Positions 19,277 through 27,986 of a DNA stretch of 33,242 nucleotides are shown here, in pieces. The notes beneath the pieces were generated by a model that did not search any database, had not been told where the DNA came from, and saw only the letters and a list, made by a program, of their open reading frames with translations. Every line of letters starts with the position of its first letter. Position 1 is the stretch's first letter. The translations under genes and the position numbers were made by a program. Source of the DNA: Desulfamplus sp. (lineage in GTDB: Bacteria > Desulfobacterota > Desulfobacteria > Desulfobacterales > Desulfobacteraceae); the NCBI GenBank assembly GCA_015233755.1, contig JADFXA010000002.1, positions 1 to 33,242 of the forward strand, in the 5' to 3' direction.

Positions 19277-20133
19277 TTAAAGTTGAAAATCTAAATAAAA
19301 TCTACAAATCAGTTCATGCACTAAAAGATATAAACCTTCATGTAAAAAAGGGTGAACTCTTTGCCTATCTTGGTCCTAACGGTGCTGGCAAAAGCACAAC
19401 TATCAGGATTTTGACAGCTCTTACCAATCCTACATCAGGTACTGTTAGTATAAATGGGTTTGATATAAAAAATAGCGGTTTTGCATTTTTTAAGAGCAAC
19501 TCTATAAAAAGCCGTCAGCAGTGCGGGCTTGTTCCGCAATCAATTAATTTAGATCAAGAGCTTTCTGTTTATGAAAATTTAACTATTCATGGACTTCTTT
19601 TTCGTATGGGAAAGTCTGAACGCAACAAAAAGATTGAAGAGCTTTTAAGTTATGTTGATTTAAGTTCAAGAAAGGAGAGCCTTGTTAAAGAGCTTTCAGG
19701 CGGAATGAAACGGCGGCTTATGATTGCAAGAGCTTTGATGCACTCTCCTTCTGTTCTCTTTCTTGATGAACCAACAGTTGGACTTGATGCTGGTATGAGG
19801 CGTAAAATCTGGGGATTAATCAAAAAAATTCAGCAGCAAGGAACAACAATATTTCTCACCACACACTATATTGAAGAGGCAGAATTTCTCGCTGATAGAG
19901 TAGCTTTCTTGGATACAGGCACAATTTTGGTGGTCGATACTCCTTCAAATCTTATGTCTCGTTTAGGAACTTGGGCTTTAGACAGATTGATAGAAGATAA
20001 GATGGAGCCAATCTATTTTAGTAATAGAGAAGAGGCAAATAGCTACATTGCCTCACAAAATGAGAGTTTTACATTGCGTCGTGTAAATCTTGAAGATGCT
20101 TTTCTTTCAATGACAGGGAAAAAGGTAAAATGA
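19273..20133 (+). CDS. ABC exporter ATP-binding protein (DrrA/NodI-like)
   Basis: GPNGAGKST, LSGGMKRR, FLDEPT, TTH; ATGA overlap with the upstream gene. Confidence 0.93.
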   Translation: MIKVENLNKIYKSVHALKDINLHVKKGELFAYLGPNGAGKSTTIRILTALTNPTSGTVSINGFDIKNSGFAFFKSNSIKSRQQCGLVPQSINLDQELSVYENLTIHGLLFRMGKSERNKKIEELLSYVDLSSRKESLVKELSGGMKRRLMIARALMHSPSVLFLDEPTVGLDAGMRRKIWGLIKKIQQQGTTIFLTTHYIEEAEFLADRVAFLDTGTILVVDTPSNLMSRLGTWALDRLIEDKMEPIYFSNREEANSYIASQNESFTLRRVNLEDAFLSMTGKKVK

Positions 20134-20867
20134 TACACTCGCTGCTTGCAGTATATTATAGAGAGATGCTTATTATGAGGCGGAGATTAACGCGTCTTAT
20201 ACCATCATGGTCAGTTTCGCCCTTACTCTACCTTATTGCATTTGGCTATGCTATGGGAAAGCATGTAGAAATTGATGGTCATTCATACATGGAGTTTCTT
20301 ATTCCCGGACTTATTGCAATGAACAGCATGACTCAATCATTTGCAATTGCAAGCGAAATCAATATTGCAAGATTTTATTGGCATATATTTGAAGAGATTC
20401 AGGCAGCTCCTGTAAGCGATCTCTCTTATGTTGCTGGTGAGGTTTTAGCAGGTATTACAAGAGCAATTCTCTCTACTACTGTAATCTTGATTTTAGGAAC
20501 AATTTTCGGGGTTAATCTATCTTGCAATTTTATGTTCTGGCTTGGAGTATTATTAAACAGCTTTGTATTCTCTTCACTTGCTGTCGGCCTTGCTATGCTT
20601 GTAAAATCTCATGGTGATCAGGTGCTTCTTACAAGTTTTGTAATAACCCCTATGGCTTTTCTTGGTGGGACTTTTTTTCCTTTGGAGAATTTTCCAGTTT
20701 GGGGGCAAAACCTTATTCATATTCTTCCAATTACACATGCTGCCAAAGCCATAAGAGCCGCATCTTTAGGCAATACTCCACAGATATCTTCATACGTTGT
20801 GATGGCAGCGACAGGTTGTCTGTTTTTTGTTCTATCTGTTATGTGCGTTAAGAAGGCAAAGGATTAA
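20130..20867 (+). CDS. ABC-2 type permease (NodJ-like)
   Basis: About six hydrophobic segments; PLLYLIAFG, YMEFLIPGL, PMAFLGGTFFP, LPITHA. Confidence 0.9.
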   Translation: MIHSLLAVYYREMLIMRRRLTRLIPSWSVSPLLYLIAFGYAMGKHVEIDGHSYMEFLIPGLIAMNSMTQSFAIASEINIARFYWHIFEEIQAAPVSDLSYVAGEVLAGITRAILSTTVILILGTIFGVNLSCNFMFWLGVLLNSFVFSSLAVGLAMLVKSHGDQVLLTSFVITPMAFLGGTFFPLENFPVWGQNLIHILPITHAAKAIRAASLGNTPQISSYVVMAATGCLFFVLSVMCVKKAKD

Positions 20868-20907
20868 GGAATGGGAATAAAATAACACTATAAATTTATC
20901 CCAATTA

Positions 20908-20933
20908 GTAGGATGCCAGCCGTGCGTCTCTAC
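20908..20933. repeat. Degenerate GTAG-type REP-like palindrome between convergent genes
   Basis: GTAG-gatgccag-CCGTGCGTCTCTAC, readable as a decayed GTAGAGACGCACGG/CCGTGCGTCTCTAC palindrome. Confidence 0.5.
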
Positions 20934-20973
20934 AGTTTAGATAGGCTCAATTTATAACCGTTCAAAGAATAAC

Positions 20974-23169
20974 TTATCGAAAATCATACCATTTATCAGG
21001 TTTATATGAATCTATATCTCCAGTTGCAGAGTCAATGGTTTTAGTTGCAGCTATATTAGTTATAGGTATATAGATTCCATAACCAAGTTTATGGCTATAG
21101 CTATCAAAATTATCATACATATATCTCAATTCACCATCTCTCAATTCACTCAATTTCCTATCATTTGAAATGTTTGTTGATAAATCGCTATATCTAAAAG
21201 CCATACGCATTAAACGTATATTGTTTCTCAATTTCTCCTCTTTTTCTGCATTATATGCTTTTTCAAATAGATCATATACCTTTGCTTTATCTGCATTCAC
21301 GGCAAGATATGTTCCAGCTTCATTATATCGCACCTGCCCATCAATAATGCTCTCAACGTATTCAATATATGATTTTATAAAATATCCACCAGCTCCAAAT
21401 ATTTTACAAAATCTATCAAGGTTATCGTTCATGGTTAAAGTTGTCTCATAACTTGTCCGTGCATGGGTATAGAAATTAAAAAGACAGTTCCATATATTAA
21501 AGACCTCTATTTGTGTTCCAGAACCTTGATAATATCCGCTATTTTTAAAGTAACTAAATATTGGCTGCATCTCGTCAGCCATCGGCATATATTTCTGTTT
21601 GGCATTAAAGTTACCCATAAAGTATTCATAAAAGACAACAGTTGCCCCTAAGTGATGCCATTTTTTTGCGTTAATCTCGTAAGTTGTTCCAATCAATGAA
21701 GAGCCATCTTTTTTTCCAATTTTTCTTAAACCTTGATTGCTCCAAGTTGATTCATCAATAATAACAGATGGTTGAAGCTTAACACCTTCGGGACAATTGA
21801 ATATATCTGAATAGGCAAGCATATCAATTTTGATATTTGGATAGACTTTATTTACTCTTTTAGCCACCTCATTTACAAAATATGTGTAGTTTTCAACCTT
21901 ACTATATGGTCTGCATAGTTCATCAGCACATTGTATCCCTTTTAAATCATTAGACCAGACGCAGACAACATCGATATATGGGTTTAATGCTAACCACGAT
22001 TTTACATTATCGGCAAACTGTTTGATTCCACTTTGATTTCTGCTGCAAAAAATCCATGAATCTTTCCAAGGTGTTTTGTTATGCAGCCTTGTTCCATCTT
22101 TTTGAAGTCTGTAGTATTCTGGGTGAGTCTGATAATATTTCTCTTTAAAGTAGCTATTGCCATCAGGCGGCAGAAACAGCCTTGAAGATTCGTGGTGTCC
22201 AACTGTAAATAGAACCCCTCTTTTTTGAGCCTCTTCAAACATTCCATTATGTTTAAAAGCTGTGTAGATGCTCTCCATTGTAAGAATTCTGTTGTATCTA
22301 TTTTTTGCAGCCCAATCGATAAATTCAGAATTCAAACCATGATTAGGTGAGATGGTTGTGTTGTAATATTGTAAAATAGCAGTACGATATAGGTTATCTG
22401 CCCTATTTTTAAGATATGATATTTCTCCTATTTTTATTGATGGTATTCTTGGAACATACTCACCAATTTCCATATTTGGCAACCCGTAAGAAGCAAAACT
22501 GCATCCAAGATATTGTTCGAGAAACTCATAAACAGCATATATTGTTCCTCTTTCATATTCGTAGTGATTTTTACTGCTTCCAGCAAGAATAATTGATTTA
22601 TTATCAATTGCTTTGTTATTAGTTATTCTATTGTCATCTATTCTTTGATCAAATATTTTATTTTCATCTGCTTTGTTGCTAAAGGAGTTGCAAAAACTTT
22701 TTATCATTATCCCTTCGGGTCCGGGTATTAGCTCATCAAATTTTTTTTGAGAAATTAATTTAGCAGATATTAAATTTCTTTCGGGTCCGCCTATTAAGAT
22801 TGAATTTTCTAAAAATATGGAATTGTTTGATAAAGATTTGTCTGGTTCAGATGGATTTAGTTTGGGACAATGCGTTTTAGGGGAGTTTAATTGAGACGAA
22901 GAAGAATTTGATTTAGGTAGAATTGATTTAGATAAGAGTTCTAAATCTATTTTTATGGGAAGAGTCGCGCCGGATATTTTTTTTATATATTTTTGAAGCT
23001 CTTTTGCAGCAAAATCTTCTCTTAGTGTTGGCTTTGATGGTGTTACTATCACTGCGTTTGGTTTGCTGTTAATAGTTATATAAACGCTCTCTTTTGCTAA
23101 AGAGCTATCTATAAATGCAAAAATTATAAAAACAGTTGCCCAAATAGCAGTGATTTTAAATTCAACCAT
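20974..23169 (-). CDS. Secreted DUF4838-like protein (GH20/GH67-type N-terminal domain plus predicted barrel)
   Basis: Signal peptide ending SLA-K; FAAKELQKYIKKISGATLPI, RGTIYAVYEFLEQYLGC, DWAAKNRYN, HPEYY, FCSRN, LAY. Confidence 0.7.
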   Translation of the reverse strand: MVEFKITAIWATVFIIFAFIDSSLAKESVYITINSKPNAVIVTPSKPTLREDFAAKELQKYIKKISGATLPIKIDLELLSKSILPKSNSSSSQLNSPKTHCPKLNPSEPDKSLSNNSIFLENSILIGGPERNLISAKLISQKKFDELIPGPEGIMIKSFCNSFSNKADENKIFDQRIDDNRITNNKAIDNKSIILAGSSKNHYEYERGTIYAVYEFLEQYLGCSFASYGLPNMEIGEYVPRIPSIKIGEISYLKNRADNLYRTAILQYYNTTISPNHGLNSEFIDWAAKNRYNRILTMESIYTAFKHNGMFEEAQKRGVLFTVGHHESSRLFLPPDGNSYFKEKYYQTHPEYYRLQKDGTRLHNKTPWKDSWIFCSRNQSGIKQFADNVKSWLALNPYIDVVCVWSNDLKGIQCADELCRPYSKVENYTYFVNEVAKRVNKVYPNIKIDMLAYSDIFNCPEGVKLQPSVIIDESTWSNQGLRKIGKKDGSSLIGTTYEINAKKWHHLGATVVFYEYFMGNFNAKQKYMPMADEMQPIFSYFKNSGYYQGSGTQIEVFNIWNCLFNFYTHARTSYETTLTMNDNLDRFCKIFGAGGYFIKSYIEYVESIIDGQVRYNEAGTYLAVNADKAKVYDLFEKAYNAEKEEKLRNNIRLMRMAFRYSDLSTNISNDRKLSELRDGELRYMYDNFDSYSHKLGYGIYIPITNIAATKTIDSATGDIDSYKPDKWYDFR

Positions 23170-23221
23170 CTATTTTTGCTGCCCAAAATTTTCCATAGCA
23201 GTTAAGCTGCTTATATCTTAT

Positions 23222-23962
23222 TTATTTCTTTAATGTGTATGCTATCATCATCTGGTTTCTATCCTCCATTTGGAGGGCTGCTTCTAATCCTGCACAGTCG
23301 AGGTTGCAGTTTATTGCCTCTTTTGTCATTCTTATTCCCATAGGATTTTTTTCTGTCATTGTTTTGGCAAGCCCCATTGCAGTTGTTATCATCTCATCTT
23401 TTTCAACAACTCTTGATGCAAAGCCAAGCTCAAGAGCTGTCTTTGAATCCATCCAATTTGCTGTTAAAAGAAATTCATAAGCTCTGCCAGAACCTATAAG
23501 TCTTGGCAAAAAATAACTTGAAGCCATATCTGCCCCACCAAGACCAATGTTTAGATATGCCGCACAAAACCTTGCGTCTTTTGCCAAAATTCTTATATCT
23601 GAAGCCATTGCCATAGAAAAGCCGATACCAGCCGCCGCCCCGTGAATACAAGATATAATTGGTTGAGGAATTTGACGCATAGCAAGAAACATACGGCTCA
23701 TTCTTGCTTGTGCTTCGTATGCTTTTATTGGTTTCATTGCAAAAATTTCAGGTCCATAAGTCTCCATATCAAGACCAGCACAAAACCCCTTTGCCTCTCC
23801 ACCGTCAAGTATAAGAACGGTTGTTTCATCATCATATCTTAATTGGTTCAAAAGTCCTTCAAACTCCTGAACAGTTTTAAAATCAAAGGCATTGTATTTT
23901 GTTGGGCGATTTAGAGTTATAAATCCAATTCTTCCATCTTTTTTAAATTTTATGTTGTCCAT
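23222..23962 (-). CDS. Enoyl-CoA hydratase/isomerase (crotonase) family protein
   Basis: ITLNRP..NA, FCAGLD, PQPII..IHGAAAGIG, ASDIR, A.ELGFASRV. Confidence 0.92.
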   Translation of the reverse strand: MDNIKFKKDGRIGFITLNRPTKYNAFDFKTVQEFEGLLNQLRYDDETTVLILDGGEAKGFCAGLDMETYGPEIFAMKPIKAYEAQARMSRMFLAMRQIPQPIISCIHGAAAGIGFSMAMASDIRILAKDARFCAAYLNIGLGGADMASSYFLPRLIGSGRAYEFLLTANWMDSKTALELGFASRVVEKDEMITTAMGLAKTMTEKNPMGIRMTKEAINCNLDCAGLEAALQMEDRNQMMIAYTLKK

Positions 23963-24036
23963 TTCTGTTTACTCCAAATTTTTACTACGATTAAATAGCT
24001 TTTAAACTATTTCTGAAGATTTAGTATATTTTATAA

Positions 24037-24060
24037 GAGCCTGTTTAAATATTTAGGCTC
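24037..24060. repeat. Short palindrome GAGCCTGTTT..TAGGCTC (possible IS/MITE remnant or terminator)
   Basis: GAGCCT/AGGCTC arms; related copies at 26082-26099 (inverted) and a half copy at about 20936-20950. Confidence 0.35.
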
Positions 24061-24074
24061 CAAAAGCAAACACA

Positions 24075-26060
24075 TTAAATAGTAAAATGTTCTGTGCTAA
24101 CTGACATAGAGATTGGGGCAGAATTTGTCAAAGTGTATGCTAAAGTTTTGATCTTTGGCAGCTCATGGTAAAAGAAATATTTGCAAACCAATATTTTACC
24201 CTCGTAAAAAAGCCTGTCTGATTTATTGGCAATATCTGATCTTTTTGTGTTATTAGAAGCAGGGGCTTGATCGCCTGAACTATTTAAACTACCTAAAAGT
24301 TTTTGCATTGCTATTAATGATTGCGATAACCATTGCCACGCAATCACAACATATCCAAACATCTCAAGGTAAAGAGTTGCATTGCCAAGATATGCTTCAG
24401 CACCTTTTGCAAATGCCATAGCCCCAAGTGATTGAGTTGTCTCTATCAAAATTTTCAAAGATTGATTTAGCTCGTCAGCCATTAAAGCTAAATCAGAATT
24501 TTTATAGGATAATGTTTTTTCAATTGTCTTTTGAACTTCACTACAAAATAGCTTTAACGCCTTTCCATCTTGCATTACAACTTTTCTACCAAGCAGATCC
24601 ATAGCTTGAATTCCTGTTGTTCCTTCGTGTATGGCATGGATACGCATATCTCTAAAGTGTTGTTCAACAGGGAAATCTTCACAATATCCATAACCACCAA
24701 AACATTGGATACTCTGGCTTGTAGCAAGAATACCCATTTCAGAAGGAAAGGTTTTTGCAACTGGAGTTAGAAGCTCTAAAAGGAGATGATACTTCTCTTT
24801 TTCTTCCATTATATTAAAGTTAGACTTATCTTCTGTTTGCTTTGAAGAGTCCATTTCATTTTTAGAGAGGCTCTTAGCAATATCTTCATAAATACTACAT
24901 TGCAGTATCAGAGACAAAGAGCCTTCCCAGACAGCTCTTTGAAAAAGAAGCATTCTCTTAACATCAAGATGCTCAATAATTGGAACTGGTTCGTTTTGCT
25001 TAATGGGTTTACCGTTTTTATCTAAATCGCCTTTATTGTCAGAATTTTTTTTACCATCAGATATGCGTCTTCCCTGTTTTCTCTGTTTGGTATAATCAAG
25101 AGCAGATTCATACGCTGCTGCTGCAATAGAAGTCGCTCCCATTCCAACCTCAAGCCTTGCACCGTTCATCATCTGAAACATATAGGAAAGCCCTTTGTTT
25201 GGCTCACCTACAAGCCAACCTCTGCAATCGCCTTTGTCGCCAAAACTTAAAGCTGTGATTGGTGCTCCTCTGTAACCAAGTTTGTGGAAAGTTTGAGTTA
25301 CAGTAACATCGTTGTTAACCAATTTATCTTTACCTGAATCATCGTTTTCAACTCTGAATTTAGGAACAACAAAAAGAGAGATTCCTTTAACTCCAGCGGG
25401 TGCGCCATCAATTCTTGCTAAAAGAAGATGGACAATATTATCAACTCCGTTATGGTCTCCTGCTGAAATAAATATTTTCTCTCCTGAAATAAGAAAAAGT
25501 TCCCTATCTATCATAGGCTTTGCAGAGGTTATGAGATCGCCTAAGGAGCTTCCAGCTTCTGGTTCAGTCAAGGCCATTGTTCCTTGCCACTTTCCATCAA
25601 GCATTGGTGGTAGAAAGGTATTTTTAAGATATTCAGAGCCATAAGTGAGAATAAGTTTTGCAGCACCAGTAGTTAAACCTGAATATACAGAGCCAGAGTA
25701 ATTTGCAGCAGCAAAGATAAAATAGACTGCATGAAGAAGAGTGGCTGGCATCTCTTCACCGCCCCATTTTTCTGGAAATGGAGCTGCAATCCAGCCATCT
25801 TTGCCAAGTGTCTGCATAATGTTTCTAACTTCTGGGTTTACTGCAACTGTTCCGTTTTTAAGCTCAGGAGGATTACGATCCATTGTCTCAAAAATTGGGT
25901 ACAAAGCCTTTTTGGAAAACTCTAAAGCTGCATCAAGCACAAGATCAATGGATTTTTTGCTTCTCCCTCCAAAAGGATCACAAGTTGAAGTTTTATGAGA
26001 CTCCATAAGCTCATGGAGTGTAAATTTTAAGTTTCTCATGTTAATGAATCTGCCAGCCAT
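24075..26060 (-). CDS. Acyl-CoA dehydrogenase
   Basis: WQGTMALTEPEAGS, G.KIFISAG, GVKGISLF, MFQMMN.AR, R.QG, FGGYGY, IHEGTTGIQAMDLLGRK (catalytic Glu). Confidence 0.94.
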   Translation of the reverse strand: MAGRFINMRNLKFTLHELMESHKTSTCDPFGGRSKKSIDLVLDAALEFSKKALYPIFETMDRNPPELKNGTVAVNPEVRNIMQTLGKDGWIAAPFPEKWGGEEMPATLLHAVYFIFAAANYSGSVYSGLTTGAAKLILTYGSEYLKNTFLPPMLDGKWQGTMALTEPEAGSSLGDLITSAKPMIDRELFLISGEKIFISAGDHNGVDNIVHLLLARIDGAPAGVKGISLFVVPKFRVENDDSGKDKLVNNDVTVTQTFHKLGYRGAPITALSFGDKGDCRGWLVGEPNKGLSYMFQMMNGARLEVGMGATSIAAAAYESALDYTKQRKQGRRISDGKKNSDNKGDLDKNGKPIKQNEPVPIIEHLDVKRMLLFQRAVWEGSLSLILQCSIYEDIAKSLSKNEMDSSKQTEDKSNFNIMEEKEKYHLLLELLTPVAKTFPSEMGILATSQSIQCFGGYGYCEDFPVEQHFRDMRIHAIHEGTTGIQAMDLLGRKVVMQDGKALKLFCSEVQKTIEKTLSYKNSDLALMADELNQSLKILIETTQSLGAMAFAKGAEAYLGNATLYLEMFGYVVIAWQWLSQSLIAMQKLLGSLNSSGDQAPASNNTKRSDIANKSDRLFYEGKILVCKYFFYHELPKIKTLAYTLTNSAPISMSVSTEHFTI

Positions 26061-26115
26061 CTCTTCATCTCCTTGAATTGTGCCTATTTATTAACAGGCG
26101 TTATAATTCTAAAAT

Positions 26116-26505
26116 TTACCAAAAACGTTTAATATTTTTGTAATAATCAAATAGCTCATCACAACTTAAAACAGGAATGTTCTCAGCTATACTTTGGGAT
26201 ATAATAAGGCGGTCAAAAGGATCTTTATGGTGAAAAGGAAGCGTTTTGAGAATATCAAGATGTTCTGGAGCTATTTCTAATATTTCAACCGCATTACCTT
26301 TAACATGCAATTTATAAAGTTCTTTGAACGTCAGACCTATTTTTAATTTTCCGATGCTTACTTTTATAGCCATTTCCCAAAGGCTTGCTATGCTTAGCAG
26401 CCGTATATTCTCTATATTCTCAATTTGTTCTCTTGCATAATCACTTAGGCTTGAATGACCATTTATAAACCATAGAAAAGTATGTGTATCAAGTAAGAAT
26501 CTCAA
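26116..26505 (-). CDS. vapC: PIN-domain toxin (VapC-like)
   Basis: LLDTH, SIASLWEMAIK, HHKDPFDRLIISQ, SCD; the TTG start overlaps the antitoxin stop (TTGA). Confidence 0.9.
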   Translation of the reverse strand: MRFLLDTHTFLWFINGHSSLSDYAREQIENIENIRLLSIASLWEMAIKVSIGKLKIGLTFKELYKLHVKGNAVEILEIAPEHLDILKTLPFHHKDPFDRLIISQSIAENIPVLSCDELFDYYKNIKRFW

Positions 26506-26723
26506 GGCATATACTCCTCAAAACCTTCAATAGGGTCATTAAAATCATCTCCAATCTCAACCAACCCCTTTGCACTGCCGAATTTAGGATATGGTTGTGA
26601 AAGAGGCACTATCTTAAATGCAGTTCCATCTTCTTTCGCAATAATAACGTCATTGCCAAGAACTACCATTGTAAGCAACTCATCTAACCTTATTTTTGCT
26701 TCATTTAATGTTATCTTCTGCAT
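26502..26723 (-). CDS. Antitoxin (Phd/YefM-like N-terminus with GSAKG..DDF..P..F tail)
   Basis: ITLNEAK..L.ELL..V..G.DVII; FGSAKG..IGDDFNDPIEGFEEY; immediately upstream of the PIN toxin. Confidence 0.85.
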   Translation of the reverse strand: MQKITLNEAKIRLDELLTMVVLGNDVIIAKEDGTAFKIVPLSQPYPKFGSAKGLVEIGDDFNDPIEGFEEYMP

Positions 26724-26805
26724 CTTTAAATAATTTTCCTATATTTTTAGGTTTAATTAACTACTTGATAAATTAAACAAAATAGTTTCAATTAACTTAA
26801 ATTTA

Positions 26806-27810
26806 TTAGAAGTGATGAACCCATCTTAAGTTAAATCTATCACCTTCAGTCCTATTTTCTGCTGACGATTCAAAATAAGCATTAAAAAAGAGATGATCAT
26901 TTTGAGAAAAGTGGTAGACCATTCCAGGGCCAATCCCCATAACCTGTTCTCTGCTATCTTCTACATCATTACCATTTATTTGAGTATCACTTATCTGTTT
27001 TAAATAATAGCCGTTTATACCAATTCGCATTGTCTTTGGAATAACTTCGTAATCAATTGCAAAATTTGCATGAAACGCCTGCCCTGCTTGTGTATCATCA
27101 GCACCTAATGATGTATATTTTCTTCCAGGTTCATTATTTTCTCCATTCCAAAGGTAATGAAGACGGGTAGAAGCTGTCATTTTAGGGGTAATAAAGAGAG
27201 TTCCTGCCCAATATGGATTAAAAGAGAAAAAGCCGCTTCCAGCATTTAACTCTTTGTCTCTTTCATACTCTCCAGTTGGAAATATCATCTGAAATTCAAC
27301 TCTGTGCATGAAAACAGGACCATTTTTACCCATAATTGGATCCCATTGAAGATATGGTCCAATTAAAATATCACCCATTCCGCCACCACTATCTTGTGGA
27401 AAGGCAGGATTATTATTTGTGTAATCCATATCAAGCATGACCACCGGCACAATCACATCAAGCCCCCATTTTCCGCCAGCAAAAAGTTCTTTATCTGACT
27501 GATAGAGAAATTGGGTAAGACCAATCCAAGCATTTAAAGAGGGGGCTACGGCTGGAGGAAGAGCTTTATCTCCATTCTGATTTTTAAGTTCTTCCGCAGT
27601 ATAACTTTGGATATATTGAGAAAAATAGATTCCAGGTCCTGCTGGCGGCCCTCCATCAAGAAAACTTGTGAATCCAAGATTTACTGCTGGCAGATCATAG
27701 GCATAAAGCGATGTTGCTGGTATTAATGATGTTATTGGAATCAATAGTTGTGAAAAAATAGTAGCTACTATTGAAAACAAAAAGACAACTGACATTGTAG
27801 AACGTTTCAT
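26806..27810 (-). CDS. COG4313/SphA (phenol MetA-pathway) family outer-membrane beta-barrel channel
   Basis: Start revised to the ATG at 27810 (AAAGGAG RBS). Signal peptide, [42 protein letters not shown]; C-terminal LRWVHHF beta-signal. Confidence 0.82.
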   Translation of the reverse strand: MKRSTMSVVFLFSIVATIFSQLLIPITSLIPATSLYAYDLPAVNLGFTSFLDGGPPAGPGIYFSQYIQSYTAEELKNQNGDKALPPAVAPSLNAWIGLTQFLYQSDKELFAGGKWGLDVIVPVVMLDMDYTNNNPAFPQDSGGGMGDILIGPYLQWDPIMGKNGPVFMHRVEFQMIFPTGEYERDKELNAGSGFFSFNPYWAGTLFITPKMTASTRLHYLWNGENNEPGRKYTSLGADDTQAGQAFHANFAIDYEVIPKTMRIGINGYYLKQISDTQINGNDVEDSREQVMGIGPGMVYHFSQNDHLFFNAYFESSAENRTEGDRFNLRWVHHF

Positions 27811-27852
27811 TGTAAAATCTCCTTTGTAAAAGTTAAAAATCATTATCTTACC

Positions 27853-27912
27853 TTGACAAAAAAACTGAAAACTGACAATCTTTGCTTCTATCAAAAGAAA
27901 CAATGATTGTCA
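27853..27912 (+). promoter_or_regulatory. Putative trpB2 promoter overlapped by a 17-bp inverted repeat (operator or RNA hairpin)
   Basis: TTGACA (27853) -N17- TGn-CAATCT; arms TGACAATCTTTGCTTCT (27873-27889) and AGAAACAATGATTGTCA (27896-27912) are 15/17 complementary. Confidence 0.5.
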
Positions 27913-27986
27913 TGTTATTTTTTACATATTTAGAAAGAGCAAAATTTACACAAAACACAAACTTATGAATCAAAAAGGAGATTATT

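Noticed and set aside
1075-20133. TGA stops as possible selenocysteine codons
   Set aside because: Each TGA falls at a natural domain end or an ATGA gene overlap, none aligns with a catalytic Cys position, and no SECIS-like hairpin was evident.
27811-27903. Longer N-terminus of the outer-membrane channel given in the ORF track
   Set aside because: The RBS supports the ATG at 27810; the extension overlaps the putative promoter and palindrome.
27848-27986. Possible Trp attenuator leader peptide or T-box upstream of trpB2
   Set aside because: No short Trp-codon-containing leader ORF and no T-box consensus were seen on the plus strand.
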